A DNA stretch of 32,000 bases from Candidatus Scalindua sp. (GTDB lineage: Bacteria > Planctomycetota > Brocadiia > Brocadiales > Scalinduaceae). Shown here piece by piece: positions 17,899 through 27,283 of this stretch (its first letter is position 1; every line of letters starts with the position of its first letter). The position numbers and the translations under genes are program-made. The stretch lies in contig JALDRA010000001.1 of the NCBI GenBank assembly GCA_031316235.1, forward strand, positions 4,050,001 to 4,082,000, written 5' to 3'. Under the pieces are notes generated by a model. The model searched no databases. It saw only the letters and a program-made list of their open reading frames with translations, and had not been told where the DNA came from.

Positions 17899-17931
17899 AT
17901 TTTTCAGATTTTTTCCTGTGAGATATACACT

Positions 17932-18103
17932 GGAATTATCATCTACCCATTCACGAAGTTTTAGCAACTCCCGGGTAAAGGTTGAATACTCCCTGATCTC
18001 ATACTGCAGCTTTCCTTCACCATCGACGGTCATGAAGCATGCAGATATCTTTGCTTATGGTGCAGATACGTGTCGGACTCATTACGTACCTGCTCATTGC
18101 CAT
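17932..18103 (-). pseudogene. Possible remnant of the 5' end of an IS110-family transposase gene (frameshifted, truncated)
   Basis: Two frames read ...RICTISKDICMLH / (frameshift) TVDGEGKLQYEIREYSTFTRELLKLREWVDDNS. This resembles the IGxDxSKD...vdxxGK...f.nt..xL..L.xW N-terminus of IS110-type transposases as I recall it. No downstream transposase body. Confidence 0.3.
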
Positions 18104-18272
18104 TTATTGACACAATAATTTCAATGTCACTGGTATTAAACAGATAAGCAGTTTGTTGCTATATAAAATATTCGGATGTGTTCTTCTCAAGTGGAAATTC
18201 TCCTGAAGCTGTAGATAGATTTTGATGAAGTGCAAATTCGCTTCTTCCATCCACAGGAGTTTGCAAATGCAT

Positions 18273-18752
18273 TTACTTTCTTACATAAGCACCGCTTTTT
18301 CCTCCTGATTTTTTGACTAAATGTATGTCACTTATGGTCATTGCTCTATCTGCAGATTTACACATATCATAAATTGTAAGAGCACAAATTGTAACAGACG
18401 TCAGTGCTTCCATCTCTACCCCGGTTTTACCAGACACCTTAACCTCTGATGTGATTTGAATGGAATCAAGATTATTATTTGTATAATCAATCTTAACAGA
18501 ACTCAGATTAAGAGGATGACACATCGGCACCAGATCCGATGTTCTCTTTGCTGCCATAATTCCTGCCACACGAGCTACTTCAAGAACATCGCCTTTCGCT
18601 ATTTTCTTATCTATAATGAGCGAAAATGTTTCACGGTTCATCGTAATCTTGGCATGAGCAGTTGCAATTCTTTCCGTGATTTTTTTCTCACCAATGTCAA
18701 CCATCCTTGATGCACCGCTTTCATCTATATGCGTTAATCTTATCTTGTCCAT
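18273..18752 (-). CDS. moaC: Cyclic pyranopterin monophosphate synthase MoaC
   Basis: LTHIDESGASRMVDIGEKKITERIA...AGIMAAKRTSDLVPMCHPL...TGVEMEALT, 159 aa. Confidence 0.92.
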   Translation of the reverse strand: MDKIRLTHIDESGASRMVDIGEKKITERIATAHAKITMNRETFSLIIDKKIAKGDVLEVARVAGIMAAKRTSDLVPMCHPLNLSSVKIDYTNNNLDSIQITSEVKVSGKTGVEMEALTSVTICALTIYDMCKSADRAMTISDIHLVKKSGGKSGAYVRK

Positions 18753-18838
18753 AAATATTTTGTAAAACCGACCATGTACCAGGAAAACAATTTTGAGAGA
18801 AGATTCTCTTTACTCCTTGGTAACTTTCTCTTTAAATA

Positions 18839-19816
18839 TCAACCTCCAATTTGATGCATCACAGCACTATTTCTCCCGGAATGAATTACGGGCTTCATCA
18901 TCGTTACTTTCATAAATGCATTTGTCAGCTGTTCGGCCAGGCCGGCATTATCAAAGACATCTGAACGTAGAATCTCTTTGACGTCGACCTCCCCGCCACT
19001 CAGCAGGCATGACCGTAACATGCCATCTGAAGTAAGTCTCAACCGATTGCACTTGTCACAGAAAGGCTTAGAGACTGCGGAAATAAACCCCAGAGAACCC
19101 AAGGCTCCCTTTATTTTATATATGGTTGCCGGCCCGCCACCCAGCCTCTGCTTCACAGGAGTAAGTTCTCCAATTTCCTCGACTCGTTGTTGTATCTCAG
19201 AGGCAGGTACAAACCGTTCTTCATCAACCATGTTTTTCCATCCGGAAGCCATGAGTTCAATAAATCGAAGCTCTATTCTCCTCTCAAATATGTAACGGAC
19301 AAAATCGTGGATTTCATCATCATTCTTTCCACGGATTACGACGACATTTATCTTTGTACCCTGAAAGCCTGCATCTAAAACTTCTTCAATTCCCTCCAGC
19401 ACATGCTCCAGACTGCCACCCCTTGTTATCTCGTCAAATCTGTCCTTGCGTAATGTATCCAAACTTACATTAAACCTGGTCAAACCGTTCTTCTTCAAAG
19501 TTTTTGCAAATTTCTTCAAAAAGGTTCCATTTGTCGTCATAGCAATGTCATTAACACCTTCAAGTTCCGCAATCCGTTTGGTTAAGGTTTCAATACCCTT
19601 TCTTACCAACGGTTCACCACCCGTAAGCCTGATCTTGTTGATACCAAGGCTGACACCGTGTTTTACCACTTTAAGAATTTCTTCAAAACTGAGAATTTCA
19701 TCCTTCCTGAGTAGATTGGCTCCCTGCACAGGCATGCAGTAGGTGCATCTTAAATTGCAGAGATCAGTAACAGAAATCCTCATATAATTTATATTTCTAA
19801 AATTTTTGTCGATCAT
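18839..19816 (-). CDS. moaA: GTP 3',8-cyclase MoaA (radical SAM)
   Basis: MRISVTDLCNLRCTYCMP, IRLTGGEPL, C-terminal CDKCNRLRLTSDG and terminal GG. Confidence 0.92.
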   Translation of the reverse strand: MIDKNFRNINYMRISVTDLCNLRCTYCMPVQGANLLRKDEILSFEEILKVVKHGVSLGINKIRLTGGEPLVRKGIETLTKRIAELEGVNDIAMTTNGTFLKKFAKTLKKNGLTRFNVSLDTLRKDRFDEITRGGSLEHVLEGIEEVLDAGFQGTKINVVVIRGKNDDEIHDFVRYIFERRIELRFIELMASGWKNMVDEERFVPASEIQQRVEEIGELTPVKQRLGGGPATIYKIKGALGSLGFISAVSKPFCDKCNRLRLTSDGMLRSCLLSGGEVDVKEILRSDVFDNAGLAEQLTNAFMKVTMMKPVIHSGRNSAVMHQIGG

Positions 19817-19820
19817 GAAG

Positions 19821-20693
19821 TCAAGCTCCCTCTGGCCGCTTATTTATCTTTTTTGTTATTTCATTAAATGCGGACGAATAGTCTGAATCACTACGTGCAG
19901 CAACGAACGCTTTCCCTTCATCGCACTGACGTGTGATCTGCGGATCCAGTGGGATCTTACCAAGAAATGGTACACCCATTTTTTTCGCGATCTTCTCCCC
20001 GCCTCCGCTCTTGAATACATCAATCTTCTCATTACAATGAGGACAGGTTAAAATACTCATGTTTTCAACAAGCCCTATGATTTTTATGTTATTGTCCCTG
20101 GCGAACAAAATTGCCTTTTGGGCATCTAATAAAGCTACATCCTGTGGTGTTGTTACGATTATTGCACCGTCAATCTTACCCAGTAATTCAATTAACGTAA
20201 TTGGTTCGTTGCCTGTTCCAGGTGGTAAATCTACAAGCAAATAATCAAGTTCACCCCAATTAATGCTCCCTACCAGCTCGCATAAAAAATCATACTTTGC
20301 TGCATCTCTCCATGCAACAGGTTCATCAGGCCTTTCAATGAGAAAAGAGAGTGATACAACTTTTAGATTCTCACTGACTGATAACGGTTCAATACCCAAT
20401 TTGTTACTCTTGAGCCTGGCTCCCTGGACTCCCAGCATTATTGGTATATTAGGCCCATGGATGTCTGCGTCTCCAACCCCGACCTTATACCCTAATCTGG
20501 CCAGATACACACCCAGGTTTGCTGTTACCGTACTTTTCCCAACACCTCCCTTATTACTCATAATCACGATCTTTTGATCGATCTTAGACATTCTATTGCT
20601 AATAGCCCATTTATTATGTTCGTGATGGTCTATCTTACATTCAGAATTTTTTTCACATAATTCACACGTAAATGGTAAATTACATTCACTCAC
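19821..20693 (-). CDS. mrp: Mrp/ApbC/NBP35-family Fe-S cluster carrier ATPase with Cys/His-rich N-terminal extension
   Basis: MSNKGGVGKST, DADIHGPN, LVDLPPGTGNE, CPHCNEKIDVF. N-terminal CNLPFTCELCEKNSECKIDHHEH. GTG start with GTGA overlap onto the upstream stop. Confidence 0.85.
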   Translation of the reverse strand: MSECNLPFTCELCEKNSECKIDHHEHNKWAISNRMSKIDQKIVIMSNKGGVGKSTVTANLGVYLARLGYKVGVGDADIHGPNIPIMLGVQGARLKSNKLGIEPLSVSENLKVVSLSFLIERPDEPVAWRDAAKYDFLCELVGSINWGELDYLLVDLPPGTGNEPITLIELLGKIDGAIIVTTPQDVALLDAQKAILFARDNNIKIIGLVENMSILTCPHCNEKIDVFKSGGGEKIAKKMGVPFLGKIPLDPQITRQCDEGKAFVAARSDSDYSSAFNEITKKINKRPEGA

Positions 20694-21328
20694 GAGTTCC
20701 CCCTTTCCGTTGTCAATTCCTCATGCACGGGAGCCACCTTGATGGCAATCGGTTGATTAACCGTATTGCAGATATTCTCACAAATACCGCATCCCACACA
20801 TTTTTCCCTATCAACTAATGGTCTGTTATCATCCTGATATATTGCACCTGGTATGGGACAACTTCTTACGCAGTGTTCGCAAAATTGAGCACCCCAGGCC
20901 ATACAGTGCGACTCATTTATATATGCATGGCCCATCCTGACTTTGCCTTTGTCCTGAACCTCTACAAGTGCTCCTTCCTTACATGCCTTTATACAGGGAA
21001 AACCCTCACAGAGATAGCACGGCACCTCTTCCGGCAGTATCATAGGTGTACCGTATGATATATCAAGCTCCTCATTTACCCTTCGAATACTCTTGTGCGG
21101 ACAGACCTTTATACATTCATCACATTTCGTGCACAGAGAGAGAAATTCATTTTCAGGTACAGACCCGGGAGGGCGTAGAAAACGCCTGGCTTTAATAACA
21201 GTGTACGGTTTCTCTTGAGAAGTTAAATCGATCTTATTTTTGACAACATCGTGAATCTTATTACCCACAAAAGAAAAGGTTTCCTTAAAAAACAGCCTCC
21301 TCCCCTGGTCTATTGTTTCTTCATTCAT
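20690..21328 (-). CDS. NapF/MauM-like poly-ferredoxin (four Cys clusters) with vestigial twin-arginine motif
   Basis: N-terminal QGRRLFFK, LRPPGSVPENEFLSLCTKCDECIKVCP, CYLCEGFPCIKAC, CMAWGAQFCEHCVRSCP, CVGCGICENIC. Layout parallels NapF. Confidence 0.7.
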   Translation of the reverse strand: MNEETIDQGRRLFFKETFSFVGNKIHDVVKNKIDLTSQEKPYTVIKARRFLRPPGSVPENEFLSLCTKCDECIKVCPHKSIRRVNEELDISYGTPMILPEEVPCYLCEGFPCIKACKEGALVEVQDKGKVRMGHAYINESHCMAWGAQFCEHCVRSCPIPGAIYQDDNRPLVDREKCVGCGICENICNTVNQPIAIKVAPVHEELTTERGNS

Positions 21329-21467
21329 ATTATACTACCTTTATAATAGTCTTATACAAAAAATCTTTCTTCATGTGTTAATCTCATCATGCCTGCCTGT
21401 GAGTAAATACCTGTCTTTGTGCATCTCCCACACAGACACAACTCTTCTAAAACTGGTACCTCCTCCC

Positions 21468-21626
21468 GTAAGTTCAAACTGTTTTCAGTGATCAAACTTT
21501 TCAGTTTAACTACCCTCTTTTGTCATGCCTGAATGCCTTTATCGGGCATCCAGAATTGTCGTCACCGCTGGATTCCCGCTTAAAGCATGCGGGAATGACA
21601 ATTTTCTGAAAACAGTTTGAACTTAC
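21468..21626. mobile_element. 159-bp MITE-like non-autonomous element
   Basis: Perfect 21-bp terminal inverted repeats gtaagttcaaactgttttcag (21468-21488) and ctgaaaacagtttgaacttac (21606-21626). Flanked by direct cctcctcc (21459-21466 and 21627-21634). Internal hairpin attcccgc-N9-gcgggaat. No ORF. Confidence 0.8.
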
Positions 21627-21819
21627 CCTCCTCCAATGACCTGTAGGGCGGGTAACGAGTTTCCTTTCGTTGCTTAACGTCATTGCAGAATCAGGTTCAG
21701 CACTGGTTTTGGTATCTGACCACCCGGATGAATCTGTTCAGGCTGGCCAGACTGTTTCGTTCAGACAGATGTACTGATGCACAGTAAACAAGCTTCAGGA
21801 ATTCCCATACCTATGTTTA

Positions 21820-23634
21820 CTATTCATTCAGCTCATGTGGCCGAACACCCTTTAGATCAGCAGGCTCCTCAAACTTATACTCCCCTGATTCAGCAGCAAA
21901 GTGACCTAAATAGAGCAATCCATCTGACATTGAAAAATTGTATGGAAAAATCGGTAATCGTTTATCTATTTCAGATTTTATATACTCGTAAACACTACTG
22001 GATTCCTCAGGTGGCATACCCCTCTCTGTCTCATAAAAATAGCCAAGACTCAGATCGTCAAGCATTGGGTGCCCTATTCTGGACAAACCGTACTTACCCG
22101 GATCTCGCATAATAGGGGCATGTTTTTCCAGTTCAAAGAGACAAACCAGGCAGGAAGCGCCTTTTGACCTCATAAACCGGTCATGGGAAAGAACAAAATC
22201 AAGAGTCTCAAGTGCTTCTTCCCGAGACTCAGTCGGAAATCCGACAATAACATACATATGTATGGCAATGCCGGAATCCAGGCAGGAATCGATAATATTC
22301 CTGGTGATTTCCGTCTCAGTCCCCTTCTCCATCAATGAAAGAATCCTTTTGTTTGAAGATTCAAGACCATATACCAGCTTAAGACAACCAGCGCTTCTCA
22401 CCTCCTTTAATATTTCTTTCGTAAGCCCCTTATCGAAACGTACCCCTGCCATCCACTTAATGCTGCACTCCTCATCGATCAATCGCAAACTCAGATTATG
22501 CAATTGTTTTACCGGCATGCACTCATCACTAAAAAACAGATATTCCGTATCATATTTTTCTTTGAGCTTCACCACGTCTTCAAGCAGCAGTTCTAAATTC
22601 CTTGATCTGAAACGCAAATTGTCTACATGAAGATTACAGAACGTACACTTTCTCCAGTAGCATCCTCTTGATCCCTGCAGTGGTAAAACCCTTACCGGAG
22701 ACAAATATTTGTCCAGGTGAAAACCATCATAATCAGGTGTAGGCAGAGAATTTATATCCTCTATATGAAATGGTTCATTCACACAAATTTTATTATTACC
22801 TTTAAAGACAAGATTTGGTACCTTATAAAAATCCCTCTCACCTTCAAGCTGCTCTATTAATCCGAGAAGTGCATGTTCTCCCTCAAACACGATAAAACTA
22901 TCAACGAGTTCAAAGAGCTTATGATTTTTTTGAAGATTATCGATAAGCTTTGTGAACACACTCCCTCCCATAGTTATATGAATGTTCCTGTATTTTTCTT
23001 TCAACAATCTGGCCATTGTAAAAGCCGGCATTACCTGTGAAGTAGCCGTAACTGAAATACCGATGAGACACTGTTCCTCTATTTTAAGTGAATCAAGGAT
23101 GTGTATCCTGAAAAGATCACAATACGGATTCTCTTTCTCATCATTCACTGCCTTCAAAACCTCTTGCGTAGAATATACGCTGTATCTCATGGTATTGTCG
23201 GAAATTGAAATTTCAGAAGGATAATACAACATACCAAATACCTGCAGCCACCTGTCAATTATCTTCCAGCTCTCAACATAATCATTTATATCATAAAAAC
23301 CATCAGACTTTAACGTTTGTTTTGCCCATTCTACATTTTGAACCATATTGTCATCTTCTATTGAGTCCCTTGCCCACTCAAGCCTTGAAATGATATCATC
23401 CTCATTTTGTCCGGATATACTGGACGGTATACCATTGCTGAGTTTATCAACAATAGCTGCATAGGTTCCTTTGACCTTGGCTGCAGAGAGCAACACATCC
23501 ATTATCTCAATATTGATATCCCTGATGGAAACATTCTCTACCCCTTCTTTCTTAAGAAATGCCTGTAAAGAAGGAAGACTTAAAAAAGGTTGAGAGGGAA
23601 TCCATGACGGCGGAAAAAGTAATAGTACCTGCAA
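21820..23634 (-). CDS. B12-binding-domain (class B) radical SAM enzyme, function unknown
   Basis: N-terminal VLLLFPPSW...LPSLQAFLKKEG (cobalamin-binding-domain-like), radical SAM core GSRGCYWRKCTFCN, 604 aa. TTG start with AAGGG upstream. Confidence 0.75.
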   Translation of the reverse strand: MQVLLLFPPSWIPSQPFLSLPSLQAFLKKEGVENVSIRDINIEIMDVLLSAAKVKGTYAAIVDKLSNGIPSSISGQNEDDIISRLEWARDSIEDDNMVQNVEWAKQTLKSDGFYDINDYVESWKIIDRWLQVFGMLYYPSEISISDNTMRYSVYSTQEVLKAVNDEKENPYCDLFRIHILDSLKIEEQCLIGISVTATSQVMPAFTMARLLKEKYRNIHITMGGSVFTKLIDNLQKNHKLFELVDSFIVFEGEHALLGLIEQLEGERDFYKVPNLVFKGNNKICVNEPFHIEDINSLPTPDYDGFHLDKYLSPVRVLPLQGSRGCYWRKCTFCNLHVDNLRFRSRNLELLLEDVVKLKEKYDTEYLFFSDECMPVKQLHNLSLRLIDEECSIKWMAGVRFDKGLTKEILKEVRSAGCLKLVYGLESSNKRILSLMEKGTETEITRNIIDSCLDSGIAIHMYVIVGFPTESREEALETLDFVLSHDRFMRSKGASCLVCLFELEKHAPIMRDPGKYGLSRIGHPMLDDLSLGYFYETERGMPPEESSSVYEYIKSEIDKRLPIFPYNFSMSDGLLYLGHFAAESGEYKFEEPADLKGVRPHELNE

Positions 23635-23713
23635 TTCGTAACCCTTAAATACAATTGATATAAATCAGTCTCAAACCTCAATCTGTACAACTCTCAGTGT
23701 AAGCCTGATTCAA

Positions 23714-23754
23714 AGAAAAAAAGCCCCTAATTTGTAGTTAGGGGCTTTTTTTAT
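23714..23754 (-). terminator. Rho-independent (bidirectional) terminator downstream of nxrA
   Basis: aaaaaaagcccctaa-tttgtag-ttaggggcttttttt: a 9-bp GC-containing stem (23722-23730 / 23738-23746) flanked by an A-run and a T-run. Lies 35 nt after the nxrA stop. Confidence 0.8.
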
Positions 23755-23788
23755 AACATTTTATACCATATAATAAAAAACTTACTCA

Positions 23789-26700
23789 CTACTCAACAGA
23801 AGTGGTTCCTCCGGCAAGATAAAGTTTCATAAACTTACTCTCGTTCGCAGGAGTAAATCCTGTCCTTGCAGGTTCCCAAACACCTTTGGCACCGAGACCC
23901 CCATCTTCAGCCTTTGTGATCCTCACCAGGGTTTCCTTCGGAACAGTATTCACAACGTGGTTGTCTGCCTCACCACCATGCATATAACCCATAGCAACCT
24001 TCTTTTTATGGAAGAGCGTATCAGTCTGATGCATCGGCATCAGCCACGATCTCGTGATAGACTGCTGTGATCCATATCTAAAGTTAGCAAGATAACCGTC
24101 CGAGGACATAGCCATGCCGTCTTTCCTGGACTCGTGGGCCTTCACACTCTTCTCAGTTGAAACATTTGTTGAGTGTTTCATCATCGTAGTGTGGTACGGA
24201 TATGCTGGATTGTACTTAGCTCTCACCATCAACCGTGCCACCTTATAAAACGGATCGTTCGGTTTCCACCCCCTGTATGGCCTATCAACGGGATTTGCGT
24301 CAACATAGATGTAATCACCATCGTTGATACCAAGGTCCTTGGCAGCTACAGGATTGATATGGAGCTGATGTTCACCCGCACCCGGACTTCTCTTATCCAT
24401 CCTGTATGGATCTCCGAAGTTGTTGTTCCAGATAAGGTTCCAATCCACCGTACTCCACTGCGAGTGAACCCTGTGCCTCGTCTTCGGAGTAACGCAATAG
24501 AATCGATAACCCCTTTCCCAAAGAGGATTCTTCGTCTTCTTTACCTCGTTCCACGGCATCTTGATATTTCTTACATGACGCTCATCAGCCCCCATATGAC
24601 TCTGAGGTATTCCATAATCCTCTGGCCTGATATAAGGGTTCGTGCTGACAATAACATTCGGCAGGTAAGGCGTCGCCTCAACAGCCTCCCGGTGACAAAC
24701 GAAGTTTTCTCCGTATTCGATCGCCTCAGGTATATCACAGTAGGAATGAATCCTTCCATCATCAGTAGCAAATGGACGATCATAGACCACCTGTTCATAC
24801 ATCGGTGTCCTCGGATACGTACCAAAATTCAAGAGTGCTCCTCCGGGGACCCCATATTTACCGGCAATCATCTCATTCACATTATACCCTCGTGTTGGAA
24901 CACTTCCATCAAAGAGCCTCTGCATATAGATTTCCGGTCTCCCCTCAAGCGCAAATTTCCAGTAATCAGCAAACCTGCCATCTCCAAGGATCTCACCCAT
25001 TCTTTTTGCAATCAAGGCGGGAACCATAACATCATCCTTCGTATCGTGAAGCGGTTTAATACCACCCTTCCACACCTGCAAGAATGGATTTGAACACGAA
25101 CAGGTAACCTCATAATGTTCAAACTCCATCCAGGAGTTGACAGGAAATCCAACGTCAGCATATTGAATTGAAGACGTCATCATGATATCACTGGACATTA
25201 TCAGGTCGATCCTTGGATTTACATTTTTGAACATCTCATAAACCCATTTAGCATTATTAAGCAGGTTGACGTTATTGAACCACAAAACCTTGGTAGGAGT
25301 GTTATAGTGGGTCACTCCCGTAAAGCTCTTTCTCCCGAACTTTGGTGTATTAACAATCAAAGGAGTATCACCATGGTTCCAATACGCAACCTCTTCATCC
25401 ATTGCATAACTATGTGCATGGATACTCTTACCATCAGCACGGGGATCAAGATTCATGTCGAACGGATCCTCAGCAATAATGCCCTTGAACCCTGGACCCG
25501 ACCAACTTGACGCCTGAAAGTTCCCGGCCTTGTAATTACCAGCCCATGTGTGCGAACCAGTACCATGATAGCCAATATTTCCTGTCAGCATTAAAGGCAG
25601 ATAGGTTGCCCGGTTATGCAGCGTCGCATGGAAATAGTGGTTTATCCCCTCGCCATAGTGTATGGCAGCAGGTTTGATCGTAGCAAGGTCCTTAGCCAGC
25701 CTCTCAATAAGATGAGGAGGTGAACCGGTTATTTCAGCGGTGGTCTTTACATCAAAGTCTCGCAGATGTATCTTATACATATCAAACAGCGTCATAACTT
25801 CAATTTCCTTACCATCAACCGTCTTCACCTTAAAAGTGCCTTCCAATACCGGATCTATACCTTTTGACACCATTTTCTTACCAACATCCTCCCTGGTTAT
25901 CGCCTTGACACTTTTTGTCTTTGAATCATATACAACGAAATCACCAATTGAATCACGCTGCTCCTGCGTCAACCCCTGCACCGTGTGACTATAGTCAAGC
26001 GCTGGCGCTTTATAGTCGGCAATTACCTCTTCAGCCTTCAACCTCTTCAAGGTATCAGTCCTGATAAGGAGTGGGAAATCGGTAAACTTCTTGACAAAGT
26101 CTGCGTCATACCAATTGTTATCAATTAATATCTTGGTCAGACAGAGAAAGATTGTTGTATCTGAAATTCCGGTTCTGCAAGGTATCCAGTAATCGACTTT
26201 TGTTGCTGAGGGGCTGTATTCCGGAGTTATACATACCAGTTTTCCACCCCTCTCCATGATCTCTGTCAACCAGTGCGCCTCAGGCATCTTGTTTTCAATC
26301 AGATTTTTTCCCACCTGTATGAGTAACTTGGTGTACCGAAGGTCGGCGAAATCAACGTCAGATGCCTGCAGTCCATGAACAAATGGGTGCCCCGGCGCCT
26401 GGTCGCCATGCCAGGTGTAATTTGAAAATCTTCTGCCACCCATTGCTTTATCAGGTCCAACACCTCTTACGTTGGCATCAAGGAGGGCAAGCATGTTGGA
26501 GAAACGATACATCCCCATGTATTTCCCAATCACACCCAGCAAACCCATCCCCCCACGGTTTTTAAAACACCTCGTACCGGCACCATTCCAGTGGGTAAGC
26601 GTCTCCGGAGCATATTTGTCCCTCTCCAGCAGTCTTTTCTTGCCTTCCTCACCGCTGTATGCCTTGGCTATGTGGATCATACCTCTTGCGACATAATCCA

Positions 26701-27235
26701 CGATATCATCCCATGACGTCTTTAACAGTTCATCAGATCCCCTGGCAGTAAACCTGTATTTCTCTCTATTATCCCAATCAAGTTCCGGAAAACCATCGTC
26801 TGCCCACTCCTTCCACCCTTTTCTCAGAAGAGGATGCCTTAACCTGTGCGGGCCGTATACCCTCCTGAAAAAGGTATACCCCTTTAAACACATCCTGGGA
26901 TTCCATGTCCTTTGAGGTTTTCTGCCCTCCAGATCTCCATAGTCCTGATGCTCATAATCCTGCTCAACCCGGATCACCACACCGTTTCTGACAAAAGCCC
27001 TCACCCTGCATTGGTGGGTATCATTTGGAGAACAACAAAACGCAAAATCGCGATCATAACGGTATTGGTCTCTGTATACATCTTCCCAGTCCCTCTCAGG
27101 ATAAGCATCGAGAGGGTTATTCGCCTCAACTGCAGGCCTCAGCGATTTAAAGGCCAGAGCCTTTCTCGTTGGTATTGAAACAGCCGCAGTTACCCCTCCA
27201 GCAATCTTAATAAACGTCCTACGTGTAAGATTCAT
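23789..27235 (-). CDS. nxrA: Nitrite oxidoreductase / nitrate reductase alpha subunit, periplasmic (Tat-exported) type II DMSO-reductase family
   Basis: Tat signal MNLTRRTFIKIAGGVTAAVSIPTRKALA. N-terminal FS0 motif region CCSPNDTHQCRVRAFVRNG. 1148 aa, molybdopterin oxidoreductase-like throughout. Strong AAGGAGG SD. Adjacent to nxrB, nxrC and a TorD-like gene. Confidence 0.85.
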   Translation of the reverse strand: MNLTRRTFIKIAGGVTAAVSIPTRKALAFKSLRPAVEANNPLDAYPERDWEDVYRDQYRYDRDFAFCCSPNDTHQCRVRAFVRNGVVIRVEQDYEHQDYGDLEGRKPQRTWNPRMCLKGYTFFRRVYGPHRLRHPLLRKGWKEWADDGFPELDWDNREKYRFTARGSDELLKTSWDDIVDYVARGMIHIAKAYSGEEGKKRLLERDKYAPETLTHWNGAGTRCFKNRGGMGLLGVIGKYMGMYRFSNMLALLDANVRGVGPDKAMGGRRFSNYTWHGDQAPGHPFVHGLQASDVDFADLRYTKLLIQVGKNLIENKMPEAHWLTEIMERGGKLVCITPEYSPSATKVDYWIPCRTGISDTTIFLCLTKILIDNNWYDADFVKKFTDFPLLIRTDTLKRLKAEEVIADYKAPALDYSHTVQGLTQEQRDSIGDFVVYDSKTKSVKAITREDVGKKMVSKGIDPVLEGTFKVKTVDGKEIEVMTLFDMYKIHLRDFDVKTTAEITGSPPHLIERLAKDLATIKPAAIHYGEGINHYFHATLHNRATYLPLMLTGNIGYHGTGSHTWAGNYKAGNFQASSWSGPGFKGIIAEDPFDMNLDPRADGKSIHAHSYAMDEEVAYWNHGDTPLIVNTPKFGRKSFTGVTHYNTPTKVLWFNNVNLLNNAKWVYEMFKNVNPRIDLIMSSDIMMTSSIQYADVGFPVNSWMEFEHYEVTCSCSNPFLQVWKGGIKPLHDTKDDVMVPALIAKRMGEILGDGRFADYWKFALEGRPEIYMQRLFDGSVPTRGYNVNEMIAGKYGVPGGALLNFGTYPRTPMYEQVVYDRPFATDDGRIHSYCDIPEAIEYGENFVCHREAVEATPYLPNVIVSTNPYIRPEDYGIPQSHMGADERHVRNIKMPWNEVKKTKNPLWERGYRFYCVTPKTRHRVHSQWSTVDWNLIWNNNFGDPYRMDKRSPGAGEHQLHINPVAAKDLGINDGDYIYVDANPVDRPYRGWKPNDPFYKVARLMVRAKYNPAYPYHTTMMKHSTNVSTEKSVKAHESRKDGMAMSSDGYLANFRYGSQQSITRSWLMPMHQTDTLFHKKKVAMGYMHGGEADNHVVNTVPKETLVRITKAEDGGLGAKGVWEPARTGFTPANESKFMKLYLAGGTTSVE

Positions 27236-27283
27236 AAACTCCCCTCCTTCTCATCTATAATAATTATATTTTTGCACTTTCAC

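Noticed and set aside
18753-18838. Possible Moco riboswitch upstream of moaC or moaA
   Set aside because: The moaA-moaC spacer is only 86 nt, and moaA is 4 nt from mrp. I could not see the conserved Moco-motif elements, and there is no room for the roughly 130-nt aptamer.
24173-25093. 306-aa plus-strand ORF (and other plus-strand ORFs at 24772-25029, 25740-25988, 26362-26696, 26912-27178) inside nxrA
   Set aside because: They are antisense to a strongly supported, motif-rich 1148-aa gene. Their translations are low-complexity with no motifs and no SD, which is typical of shadow ORFs.
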